64,000 nucleotides of DNA from an uncultured Muribaculaceae bacterium (lineage in GTDB: Bacteria; Bacillota_I; Bacilli_A; RF39; UBA660), in assembly GCA_964408085.1 (NCBI GenBank), contig CAYOYB010000004.1, positions 81,231 through 145,230 of the forward strand. Direction: 5' to 3'. A model generated the notes under the pieces. The model was not told where the DNA came from. It ran no database searches and saw nothing but the letters and a program-made list of their open reading frames with translations. Shown here in pieces: positions 18,612 through 28,183 of the stretch (the first letter of the stretch is position 1; each line of letters begins with the position of its first letter). Made by a program: the position numbers and the translations under genes.

Positions 18612-20537
18612 TTAAAAATAAGCCTCCTTTATTTCTGTTTTTCCTTCTGTTTCATCATTAATCAATATATAATTTTTACTTAAATTCTTCTTAACAATTT
18701 TATATAAATTTCCTACAATTTCCTCATCTGTTGATAATATTAAAACCTGTTCAGAAATAGTGCATAATATTTTTTCTACGAATAATGCCCTATTTTCCTT
18801 ATCTAACCTAGCTAATGGAGTATCAAATGTAAAAACATTATTACGATCAGACAGTTTAAATATAGACCATACTATAGCAGCGATAAGCAACTGTTTCTCA
18901 CCAGCTGATAAAATAGTAATATCCTTTTCAAACCCTTTATTATCAAATAAAATAATTTCATAAGAATCATTATTTATTTCCATTTTTGTAATGTAATTTT
19001 CCTTCTTATTAATTTCATCAAACTTTTTTACAGCTAATTCTGATATTCTTGTTAAATAATTAATAGTTTGCTTTTTCTTATATTCTTCAGAAACTTTTAG
19101 AATTTTTCTCGCTATAAAAAAACTATTCTCTTCTTTTTTTTCTGAATCTAATTTCTTTTCCATTGTTTCAAGTTCAATAAATGAACTATTAACTTCTAAT
19201 GTAGCCCTTTTTATATTTTTTTCTACATCTCTTATTTTTATTTTCAATTCTTCTAAATCTATTTCTAACACTTTTATTTCTTTTAATAATTTTTGCAAAT
19301 CTTTAGAATTTGCATTTTCATTTTTATCAATTATTTGTTTATATAGTTTAGTACTAGTCAAATCATCTCTGCTACTTAATAAAATTTGTTTTAAAGAATA
19401 AATATCTAATTTTTCATATCTTTCTAAAAATTCATTTATTAGTTTATTTAATTTAGGAGTAGTATTATACTTGATATCTAATTCAGAATCATCAACCATA
19501 TCTAGTAATTCTTTTTTTATTTTTTTAACAGCTTGTTCACCTAAAAGCTGTTCAATTTCATCAACATATTTAAGTAAAATTTTTGGTTTTTCTTTTCGTA
19601 TTTCTTTGCTTATATTTTTAATTCTATTTGCATTAAGATAAAAAACTACATCATCCTCTAAAAAATCCTTTATTAAAGCCATATTTTCTTTTCTATTTTT
19701 TTCAAGCATTTCTAATGAACTTCTCATAGCAAATTTCTTTTTTTCATCAAGTCCACCATAATTTTCAAATTTTTTCATTAAATTTCTTAATTTAAAATGT
19801 TGTTCAGCTTCAGTATTTTTATATCGTATTAAAACATCAGTTAAATTTTTTAGATTTTTTTGGTTTTCATTATATTTATTTCTATATTCCAATAAATTAA
19901 TTTCATCAGTAGAAAAAACCTTTCTACTTTTTTCCTTTTCTATGTAAAAAGATATGTCATCTTCCATTTTTTCAAAAATATTTAAATTAAAATTGACATT
20001 TATAATTTCTCTTAAATATTCTGATATTTTGTTTTCATCTATTATTTGAGCAATTTTTTCGCCATCAAATAACATTGTATCTATTACAGATGGCGGCATT
20101 ATTTCTTTTAATTTTGTTTGCATCTGTTCTATTTCTTCATCATTCAAAAAAATTTTATTTTTCTTAACCCGTAACGTTTCTAATATTGAGTCGTTTACCT
20201 TCTTCCATGATCTAGTAACTGTATAATTATTTTCAATATAATTCTCAATTAGACTGAACTCTATGTCTATTTCGTAGTAGGAAATTTTCTTTTTTAATTC
20301 TACATAATTAAATATCTTTTTTAGTGAATTATAATAAACATTACTATTTGTTTTTAAACCATAGGCATAAGAACCAAATAAACCTGTTTTTATAGAATTT
20401 AATAAAGTTGTCTTACCTGCACCATTTTTTCCACCTATTAAAATAATATTCTTATCCTTACTAACATTAATATTAAATATATTATTTTCATTTCTATATG
20501 GACCGATATTATGTAACTTTATCTTAGTTATTTTCAT
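18612..20537 (-). CDS. dndD: DNA sulfur modification protein DndD (SMC-like ATPase)
   Basis: Walker A GGKNGAGKTT, a long coiled-coil middle, signature LSAGEKQ, and the DndD-type FDTPLARLDKENR. Confidence 0.85.
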   Translation of the reverse strand: MKITKIKLHNIGPYRNENNIFNINVSKDKNIILIGGKNGAGKTTLLNSIKTGLFGSYAYGLKTNSNVYYNSLKKIFNYVELKKKISYYEIDIEFSLIENYIENNYTVTRSWKKVNDSILETLRVKKNKIFLNDEEIEQMQTKLKEIMPPSVIDTMLFDGEKIAQIIDENKISEYLREIINVNFNLNIFEKMEDDISFYIEKEKSRKVFSTDEINLLEYRNKYNENQKNLKNLTDVLIRYKNTEAEQHFKLRNLMKKFENYGGLDEKKKFAMRSSLEMLEKNRKENMALIKDFLEDDVVFYLNANRIKNISKEIRKEKPKILLKYVDEIEQLLGEQAVKKIKKELLDMVDDSELDIKYNTTPKLNKLINEFLERYEKLDIYSLKQILLSSRDDLTSTKLYKQIIDKNENANSKDLQKLLKEIKVLEIDLEELKIKIRDVEKNIKRATLEVNSSFIELETMEKKLDSEKKEENSFFIARKILKVSEEYKKKQTINYLTRISELAVKKFDEINKKENYITKMEINNDSYEIILFDNKGFEKDITILSAGEKQLLIAAIVWSIFKLSDRNNVFTFDTPLARLDKENRALFVEKILCTISEQVLILSTDEEIVGNLYKIVKKNLSKNYILINDETEGKTEIKEAYF

Positions 20538-20556
20538 AGTTGAGTCCTCCTATCTA

Positions 20557-22128
20557 CTAAATATGAATATAATCCTGATTTAATAATTTAGAAAGATCCT
20601 TTTGAAGATTATCTCTCCTTGTTAAACCAAAACTATTTTTTTCTAAATACAAGATTTTTTTAACCAATTCAAAATCAATATTGTTATTTACACAAACATC
20701 TTTTAGTATTTCTAACTCACTTTCTCCTAATAATTTTATATCGTCAGATATAAAATTTAAATCTATTCCCATCACATCTTTATATATTTTACAAACATCG
20801 TTATTCCAATAACCTTGTTCTAACCATAACTTACTAATCGCTACTAATTCATCTTTTGTAATTAATTCATATTCAATCCCATGTTCTTCTTTTAATTTTT
20901 TTTGAACTTCCAATAATTTTCTTAACATATCTTTTCTTTCTTCATAAGTAAATGGACCTAATCCTAATTGACCATAACCTTCATTCAATTTACAAATAAT
21001 TTTAGGGTCATAGCTACTGGATAAATCAATCTTATTATTTTTTATATATTTAACTACTTCAGATTTGGTTTTAAAAATATTCCACTGTTCATTAAAATTA
21101 TCAATACCTGTTTCAATGTTTATCTCTATTTTCTCTCTATCCCCCTTTTTAGGAATAATCAAAATATTATCTTTATGATTTACAGAGGAAAAATAAATTT
21201 GCCCTGTAGCTCTTCTCTTCATTCTTAAATTTCTATTATCTCTAATACTATATAACCAATTTCTATATTCTAATAAAGGAACTAACCATTTTATACCACT
21301 TGTTATAAATCCATTTAATGCTTTATCTTCTGCAACAACAGTACATACCCAACAACCAAATCTACTATTGCCACAACTTCCAGCTTTCTTAGTATCTTCA
21401 TCTACTATTAATGGACATTCTGTACTTGCAGAACTTTCAGCATATAATTTAAATAGCTCTTGGTTATTGCCTCCCCATGGGCAAGGATAATTTAACAATA
21501 CATCCCAAACATCATCTATATTAAAATCTATTATAGGTGCAAATGTAAATGCATTACTAAGAGTCGTATGTCGCATTAGATCGCTGCTTTTTACTGAATG
21601 AGAATTTAAAACACGATCTCTTGAATTACTTTCACCTTTTCTAACACCTAATACCATAATTGCTTCGCCATTAGCAGCTACTATATCCCTAATAAATCTA
21701 TTCGCAGGTTCAATTTTCATTCGATCAGTACACCATCTAAATGTTTGATTAGGGCAAGGATATCCCTTTCCAATTAAATTAGCCCAAAAAGTATTATCAT
21801 ATTGAGGTTGAACTTTATGTGTACTAAGGGGTAAATTATTTTTTTTACCATATTGTTCCATTTTATATAGTGTAGAATTGATCTCATTAATAATTAAAGG
21901 AGTTTCTACTAGAGTATCAGAACTTATAATATATACATGTTTTTTTAATTTTTCTGGTGCTAACTCAGACAGTGCCGTTAAAACAACAGTACATGTAGCT
22001 GTTGAATCCTTTCCTCCACTATAACCTATAATCCATGGTCTATCATCTTGTAAATAAACTCGTTTTGCTCTATCTATCGCATCTCTATATTTTTTGCCTT
22101 TTTGCTCTAATATGTTTGTAAGTTTCAT
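20557..22128 (-). CDS. dndC: DNA phosphorothioation protein DndC (PAPS-reductase-like ATP pyrophosphatase)
   Basis: P-loop YSGGKDST and a Cys cluster (CGNSRFGCWVC). 523 aa. Confidence 0.88.
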   Translation of the reverse strand: MKLTNILEQKGKKYRDAIDRAKRVYLQDDRPWIIGYSGGKDSTATCTVVLTALSELAPEKLKKHVYIISSDTLVETPLIINEINSTLYKMEQYGKKNNLPLSTHKVQPQYDNTFWANLIGKGYPCPNQTFRWCTDRMKIEPANRFIRDIVAANGEAIMVLGVRKGESNSRDRVLNSHSVKSSDLMRHTTLSNAFTFAPIIDFNIDDVWDVLLNYPCPWGGNNQELFKLYAESSASTECPLIVDEDTKKAGSCGNSRFGCWVCTVVAEDKALNGFITSGIKWLVPLLEYRNWLYSIRDNRNLRMKRRATGQIYFSSVNHKDNILIIPKKGDREKIEINIETGIDNFNEQWNIFKTKSEVVKYIKNNKIDLSSSYDPKIICKLNEGYGQLGLGPFTYEERKDMLRKLLEVQKKLKEEHGIEYELITKDELVAISKLWLEQGYWNNDVCKIYKDVMGIDLNFISDDIKLLGESELEILKDVCVNNNIDFELVKKILYLEKNSFGLTRRDNLQKDLSKLLNQDYIHI

Positions 22129-22148
22129 AACTGCACTTCCTCTTTACT

Positions 22149-22652
22149 TTATAGTCCCTCTTCCTCCAAAATTTCATTAATAGTCTTTGCACCCAAATTA
22201 CTTTTTTCGAAGAATTTATCTATTATATCTTTTATATTATCAACTTGCTTATCAAAAATAACGTCTGAAAGCATATTATACAATATGTCAATTCCACCCA
22301 TAGCATAATCATCAAAAAGTTCTTTTTTATGTAATTTTCGAGGATTTGCTATAGAATTTTCTTCAAATGATAATTTCATAGCATTTTCAGCATCAACATC
22401 TATTTCATCACTCAAGCAAATTATTTGATATAAAAAATCAATTTTATCAGCTCTATTTTGCAATACATTTCTTGGTAAATTAGCAGTTATTGAGTTATCA
22501 TTATCTTGAACATCTTTTTGATTATTAATAAATCCAAGCACCCCTGACATCATATAAATATCAACCAAATCAAAACCATACTTATTTTTTAATTCTTGAT
22601 ATTTTTCTGCTTTTTTACCCTTTATTACAATATCAGTTTGAAAAGTTAACAT
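22149..22652 (-). CDS. small helical dnd-associated protein (167 aa), function unknown
   Basis: Translationally coupled: it overlaps the upstream ATPase gene by 7 nt and ends 20 nt before dndC. No DGQHR (DndB) motif. Confidence 0.5.
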   Translation of the reverse strand: MLTFQTDIVIKGKKAEKYQELKNKYGFDLVDIYMMSGVLGFINNQKDVQDNDNSITANLPRNVLQNRADKIDFLYQIICLSDEIDVDAENAMKLSFEENSIANPRKLHKKELFDDYAMGGIDILYNMLSDVIFDKQVDNIKDIIDKFFEKSNLGAKTINEILEEEGL

Positions 22653-24637
22653 TTAATTATATCCCCCTTCTCAACTAATGAGACGCTAGACGTTGTTCCA
22701 ACTTTGTCTATATCATACATTAATCCAATTCTATCTTTCAATGTATCTTCAACTACACCATCCCATTGACTATCTGAAGTGAACAATATTATTTGGTCTG
22801 TTAAAGAAGGTATTATTGATGTTACATTTTTCCTATGACTTAAATCTAATTTAGCAAAAGGGGCATCCATTACTAATGTAAATCTATCATCATCTGATAA
22901 TTCCGTTGTTTCGTCTTTTTCTCTAGAAATAAATTCTTTTGCAATTGATATAATGGATCCAACAAAAGCAAAACTTGTAACAATTTTTTCGCCTTCAGAT
23001 AATGTAGTCGTTTTAAATTCATCAGTTACATTAAAATTATAATCATCTTCAATATAAATTGATTTTTCAGAATTTAACATCTTAGATAAAAGTTCACTTA
23101 TTTTATTCTGTAAATCATCTTTAACTTCTCTTTCTTTTTTATTTAATCTATTAGTCATATCATTTATCAATTTTTGGCATATATCTACTTTAAATTGAAC
23201 AGCATCATTAATATTACTAGAAACAGTAATCCTACTTCGTTCATCTTCTTTATTTCTTTGGGATTGCTTCATAACTTCTATTTGATTTTTACAACTACCA
23301 ATAGCTTGATTCTTAGAAGCAATTGAATTTCTCAATTGAATATACTCATCATTATATTTAGATAAATCTTGATCACCAACATCAGCAATTAATTTTTCAT
23401 TATCGTTAATTTTATTTGTAATAATATCCTTATTATTTATTAGATTATTATAATCTTCATACATTCTATTGAAATTCTCATAATACTTTCTATTATTTTC
23501 AATTGCATTATTAATATGAACTTCAAGACTTTTTAATAAAACACTATAACTTTCTGGAGGCAAATAACTTTTCAATTTTTCAAGTCTTTTAATTGCATCT
23601 TGATTATTATATAAATTATTTCCACAAATACATACGCCATCATTTAAAATATGATTAATCGCATTTGCATTTATTCCTTCTATTACTTTATCCCTCAGAT
23701 CGCTTTTTTGGATTTTTTCCTGTAATATTTCAAAGGTTGAGCCTAAAAAATAATTAACACTTGCCGTGCCAAATGTTTTAAATATTTGAATTTTCTTTTT
23801 TTCTATTTCGTCTTGAATCTTTTCCATTTGCTTGTTGTATTCAACCCTCTTATTCTGTAATTCTTTTAATGCTGCATTAGACTTTAGAATTTCATTAACT
23901 TTGGATTGCCTTTTTTCTAATTCTATTAATTCATCCTCATATTTTTCTTTATTTTTATTTTCTATATCTAATTTTTCATCTAACAATTTTAAATCTTCAT
24001 TTATCTGATTTAACTTAGAAGAATTATCCGAAACAAATTCAGTCTCAAATTCCTTTTTGGCTTTTTCTAAATGGTACTTAGAATTCTCAAGCACATCTAA
24101 ACCCAAAAGATTTTTTACAGCTTTTGATAAATCTTTTTTCCCTACTCGTTGATTATCAACTAAATCTTGCATTCTTTCACCATCAAACAAGAAATATGTT
24201 GATAAGTCTCTTGGAAATATTTCCCTAATTGCATTTTGAGTAGTTCGTTTGGTTTCTCCAGTTACTGGATCCGAAATAGTAAAAGTCAAATCTTCAACTA
24301 ATTTTTGAATATTACCATTAGAATTTCTAATATAATCAATATATTTTCTACAAGTATATATTTTTTTTGAGTGTTCAAATTCTAAACTGACTTCAACACA
24401 TGCTTTCTCCCCAACAGCAATTTTTGATAATATTTCTTTTGTAATTAATTCGTCAGGATTGTCTAATTTAATTTGCCCATATAAACACCAATTAAAAGCT
24501 TGTAATAAAGTAGTTTTTCCTGCACCATTATTAGCAATAATCACAGTTACATTTTTCTCTTTAGAAGTTGAAAAAGAGATTTCAGTATCGCCTTTAAACT
24601 GTCTAAAGTTGTGTAAATTCATTTTTCTGAATATCAT
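22646..24637 (-). CDS. second DndD-like SMC-type ATPase (paralogue class distinct from dndD)
   Basis: Walker A ANNGAGKTT, an E/K-rich coiled coil, LSEGEK, and VMDAPFAKLDLSHR, which parallels DndD's FDTPLARLDKENR. GAGGTG RBS. Confidence 0.7.
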   Translation of the reverse strand: MIFRKMNLHNFRQFKGDTEISFSTSKEKNVTVIIANNGAGKTTLLQAFNWCLYGQIKLDNPDELITKEILSKIAVGEKACVEVSLEFEHSKKIYTCRKYIDYIRNSNGNIQKLVEDLTFTISDPVTGETKRTTQNAIREIFPRDLSTYFLFDGERMQDLVDNQRVGKKDLSKAVKNLLGLDVLENSKYHLEKAKKEFETEFVSDNSSKLNQINEDLKLLDEKLDIENKNKEKYEDELIELEKRQSKVNEILKSNAALKELQNKRVEYNKQMEKIQDEIEKKKIQIFKTFGTASVNYFLGSTFEILQEKIQKSDLRDKVIEGINANAINHILNDGVCICGNNLYNNQDAIKRLEKLKSYLPPESYSVLLKSLEVHINNAIENNRKYYENFNRMYEDYNNLINNKDIITNKINDNEKLIADVGDQDLSKYNDEYIQLRNSIASKNQAIGSCKNQIEVMKQSQRNKEDERSRITVSSNINDAVQFKVDICQKLINDMTNRLNKKEREVKDDLQNKISELLSKMLNSEKSIYIEDDYNFNVTDEFKTTTLSEGEKIVTSFAFVGSIISIAKEFISREKDETTELSDDDRFTLVMDAPFAKLDLSHRKNVTSIIPSLTDQIILFTSDSQWDGVVEDTLKDRIGLMYDIDKVGTTSSVSLVEKGDIIKC

Positions 24638-24791
24638 TCTTTTTCACCTCTCGCTCAATTATATTTTTTATTACTTTAATCATTTCAGAATCTTTTTTTT
24701 CTTTGGTATTAAAATTTTTCTTTTCCGTAAATATTATTTCATACAAAACTTCTGCAGATATTTCATTAATCAATTCAGATCTACTCTTCAT
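24603..24791 (-). CDS. 62-aa Lys/Glu-rich ORF bridging the helicase and ATPase genes
   Basis: GGAGG lies 8 nt before the ATG. It overlaps the helicase stop by 11 nt and the ATPase start by 35 nt. It fills the only gap in the operon. Confidence 0.35.
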   Translation of the reverse strand: MKSRSELINEISAEVLYEIIFTEKKNFNTKEKKDSEMIKVIKNIIEREVKKNDIQKNEFTQL

Positions 24792-26940
24792 CTATAAAAC
24801 CTCCAACATTATATTTATCCCTAACATCATGTATTTTTTCTTTTTCAATTCCATAAATAGCTAATAAGTCATTAATGAATCTTTCACCCTGATCTTTATT
24901 TTCCGCTAAAGAGTTAAATTCATATACTCTTTTCAATTCACTCTCAACTAAACTAGAACCAGTATAATTTTCTTCTTCACTACATGGAACAGTAACAAAA
25001 TCATGAATATATGCATATTCTTTATCAGGATATAATCGAAGTACTCTTCCCCTTCTTTGAATAAATTCTTTTGGATCTGTACTACTTGAAAGAATAAAAG
25101 CATGCTGAATGGCTGGAATATTCACACCTTCATCAAGACATTTTATTGCAACTATAGCCTGTAGATCTTTTCCTTCACTAAACATTTCTATAATTTCTGA
25201 TCGTTCTTCTGATGTTTCTTCTGATGTGAATTTCCTATTCTTTATACCAAACTCATTCCATAATATCTGACAAACTTTTCTAATTTGTCTTTCTTCACTT
25301 CCATCTATTTCATCAATGGTTTTGGTCGCTCCACAATAAACTAATATATAGTTTTTATTAAAATATTGACTCATCAAATTTCTAAGTACGACTAATTTAT
25401 TACTCGCACCAGCTACTAGTCTTGCTCTTTTTATAAGTAAATTTTTTGCAATGTCATTTATTATAATCTTTCCACTAACTTCTCTGATATTTTGAGCAAT
25501 CCTTAACGAAAGCTTATTATATTCATCTTGTTCTTCCACAGTCAATCTAACAATATGAGGAAAATAATAATATCTAGTCAAAAACCCCTCATTAATAGCT
25601 CTTTCAAGATCAAATGAATAAACCTCTCCACCAAAATAATTATATATAAATTCTGTATTTTCTTCATCTCTAAATCTTCTAGGTGTTGCAGATAACCCCA
25701 ATCTATACTTAAATTTTTCATCTAAGCTTGCTCTCATAGAATTTGTTCCCGCATTATGAGCTTCATCTACAACCAACAATATATCACCATTAACTTTGCT
25801 TAAAAATTTTTGCATATCTTCAGATGAAAATGTAGCATTTGTTGTTACAATAGTAAAATTGTCAATAGTTCCATAATTAAATAATTTAATTTTTCTATAC
25901 ACTTGCTCTTTCCAATTTGGATATACAGAATAACACACTACAGGATTCAAATTAAATTTCTTAACATCTTCTACCCATTGTTCAACCAAATGCTGATATG
26001 GACAAACAATTACAATTACTAATTTTTCAATTTCTTTCCATATTTCAGTTATGCCATATAAACCTGTTAACGTTTTTCCTGTACCAGTAGCCATAGTCAA
26101 CAATCCCATGTATTTATTATTTATCCAATTTGTTATTGCTTCTTTCTGATATTGCCTTGGTTTAAACCAATCAGGAATTAATGGAAATTCTATGTTTTCT
26201 TCGTAAGAAGGAATGATTTCGTTGAATTCTTCATGAGTATTTTCTTTTATATAATCTATTTTTTTAAATTCTAGCAATTTATTTTTTAATGCATCTGGAA
26301 ATGGTTGAATATTTAACCTATTAGTTTTATTATCCCATAAATTTGTAAAATCTATATCATATTCTTTAACATATTCATTTTCATCACTATTCCAAGATTT
26401 GAACACAACAAAAGATTCGAAATTGGTATATTGTCCATTATTAGTTTCATTCATAGAACCAGTAAACATAATTTTATTATGCATCGCATCCTCTATAATA
26501 CCAAATTTTTCATGGTATGCACCATAGTCATCCATTAATGCTATCTTAATATCCAATCTATCATCTGCTATAAGTGTAGCTATATAATTCAATTTTTCAT
26601 TAATGTTTTCAGATTCTATATTATTAAATTCTCTTATCATAGCATCCAATATAACATCCGATTTCATTTTATATCCTAAATTAATAGTATCTATATCCTC
26701 TTTACTAAGTTTTGGAGAAGCTATTATTTCAACTTTACCTCCATTTTCAATCAAATTTGATAGTCCTTGAGAGGCATTAACTAAAGAAGAAATTGTAAAA
26801 TAACCAACTGCCCTTTTATAATAAGTTGCAACTGATAATAAAGGATTATAAAAATCTTTTACCATATTGTTTTTGCTACTTCTATATGATCGTTCTATAC
26901 TAATATCAGTTAACAACATTTTACCACCTATGACTTTCAT
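24781..26940 (-). CDS. PLD-family nuclease domain fused to an SF2 (ResIII/DEAH) helicase
   Basis: Single HKD motif HEKFGIIED in the N-terminal ~230 aa. Helicase motifs MATGTGKT (I), VVDEAHN (II), LSATP (III) and QRRGRVLR (VI). The start could instead be Met8 at 26919. Confidence 0.8.
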   Translation of the reverse strand: MKVIGGKMLLTDISIERSYRSSKNNMVKDFYNPLLSVATYYKRAVGYFTISSLVNASQGLSNLIENGGKVEIIASPKLSKEDIDTINLGYKMKSDVILDAMIREFNNIESENINEKLNYIATLIADDRLDIKIALMDDYGAYHEKFGIIEDAMHNKIMFTGSMNETNNGQYTNFESFVVFKSWNSDENEYVKEYDIDFTNLWDNKTNRLNIQPFPDALKNKLLEFKKIDYIKENTHEEFNEIIPSYEENIEFPLIPDWFKPRQYQKEAITNWINNKYMGLLTMATGTGKTLTGLYGITEIWKEIEKLVIVIVCPYQHLVEQWVEDVKKFNLNPVVCYSVYPNWKEQVYRKIKLFNYGTIDNFTIVTTNATFSSEDMQKFLSKVNGDILLVVDEAHNAGTNSMRASLDEKFKYRLGLSATPRRFRDEENTEFIYNYFGGEVYSFDLERAINEGFLTRYYYFPHIVRLTVEEQDEYNKLSLRIAQNIREVSGKIIINDIAKNLLIKRARLVAGASNKLVVLRNLMSQYFNKNYILVYCGATKTIDEIDGSEERQIRKVCQILWNEFGIKNRKFTSEETSEERSEIIEMFSEGKDLQAIVAIKCLDEGVNIPAIQHAFILSSSTDPKEFIQRRGRVLRLYPDKEYAYIHDFVTVPCSEEENYTGSSLVESELKRVYEFNSLAENKDQGERFINDLLAIYGIEKEKIHDVRDKYNVGGFIDEE

Positions 26941-27174
26941 TTCTAAGGGAATTTTCCAATATTATTATATCATGTATACTTTGAGTTGTAAATTAAATGG
27001 AGAATCTATACTTAATAATTTATTTTACAAATAAATTAATTTTTTTCGTTATTTTTCATTCTAAATAAAAATATTACAATTAAATATTAAATTATCATTA
27101 ATAACATAATACGATAATAACGCTTTAAACTAAAAAAATCCATACAAAACATGGAAAAGATCGTTTATAAAACA

Positions 27175-27205
27175 TTAAAAAAGGCCCTACCACTAGATAG
27201 TGCCT
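27175..27205 (-). terminator. terminator after fic
   Basis: Hairpin AGGCACTATCTAGTGGTAGGGCCT followed by TTTTTT on the minus strand. Confidence 0.55.
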
Positions 27206-27271
27206 ATATGAAAATAATTTAATATTTTCTTCATTAATAATATGTTATAAATATTAGTTTAGATCAATAAA

Positions 27272-28120
27272 TTAATCTTTCCTATCAAATAATTCTTTAA
27301 TAATTAAATCTTGAGAGTGTAAATTATTATTTTTTCCTAATAATAAATTTTCATAAAATTTAATTAAATAACTACTATCTTCTTTTATATTTAAATAATT
27401 ATTATAATAATTACTTCTTAATAAAGCATTTCTAAAATATACAGATTTATTCTTAAATAAAGTATTATCCACACTATAACCTAAACTTATTAAATATTTT
27501 TCTATAAATAATGCAGTAGTTCTAGTATTACCCTCTCTAAATGGATGAACCTGCCATATACTAGATGAAAATTTAGTAATGCTGTTTATAACTTCTACTA
27601 TATTCATTTCTTTATAGTTTTTTTCTTTTTCTAAAGATATATCATATTCTAATGATTCAGTTAATGTTTTACAATCACCATATGCCACTGAATCATTATT
27701 TAATATTTTTTCATGTTTTGAAAAATCTATTTTTCTAAACTCACCTGCAAACTCATAAACATCTTGAAATAAATATTTATGGACATATTTTAAATAATCA
27801 ACAGATAATTCAAATTTATTTTCTTGTAATAATTCAACTATCCTAGTAGACACAAAATCACATTCTAATTCGCTATGATTTATTTCTTTTTTACCTTCTT
27901 TTTCTATATAATATTCTTTTAATTCATTTTCTACTTGTTCAATAGTTAAATTACCATTAACATTATTACTTACAAGCTTTTCTAAATATTTAGAAGGTTT
28001 TAAATTATCTACTTCCTGTAAACCAATAGCCATATCCCATTGTAATTGTTTTACATAATTATTAGACTTATATTCTTCTTGATATTCATTAACACTTGAA
28101 TCTAATTCTTTTTCACTCAT
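27272..28120 (-). CDS. Fic/Fido-domain protein with a degenerate active-site motif
   Basis: HPFREGNTRTTA compared with the canonical HPFx(D/E)GNGRxxR. 282 aa. Strong AGGAGG RBS. Confidence 0.8.
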   Translation of the reverse strand: MSEKELDSSVNEYQEEYKSNNYVKQLQWDMAIGLQEVDNLKPSKYLEKLVSNNVNGNLTIEQVENELKEYYIEKEGKKEINHSELECDFVSTRIVELLQENKFELSVDYLKYVHKYLFQDVYEFAGEFRKIDFSKHEKILNNDSVAYGDCKTLTESLEYDISLEKEKNYKEMNIVEVINSITKFSSSIWQVHPFREGNTRTTALFIEKYLISLGYSVDNTLFKNKSVYFRNALLRSNYYNNYLNIKEDSSYLIKFYENLLLGKNNNLHSQDLIIKELFDRKD

Positions 28121-28183
28121 AATTTATACCTCCTAACCATTTTTAATTATACCATATTTTTTATAATAATTAAGTTATTATAT

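Noticed and set aside
18449-18963. Two plus-strand ORFs (18449..18661 and 18760..18963) inside dndE/dndD, plus 24459..24797 inside the ATPase/helicase junction.
   Set aside because: They are antisense to tightly packed operon genes with clear motifs. They have no RBS and a composition typical of shadow ORFs.
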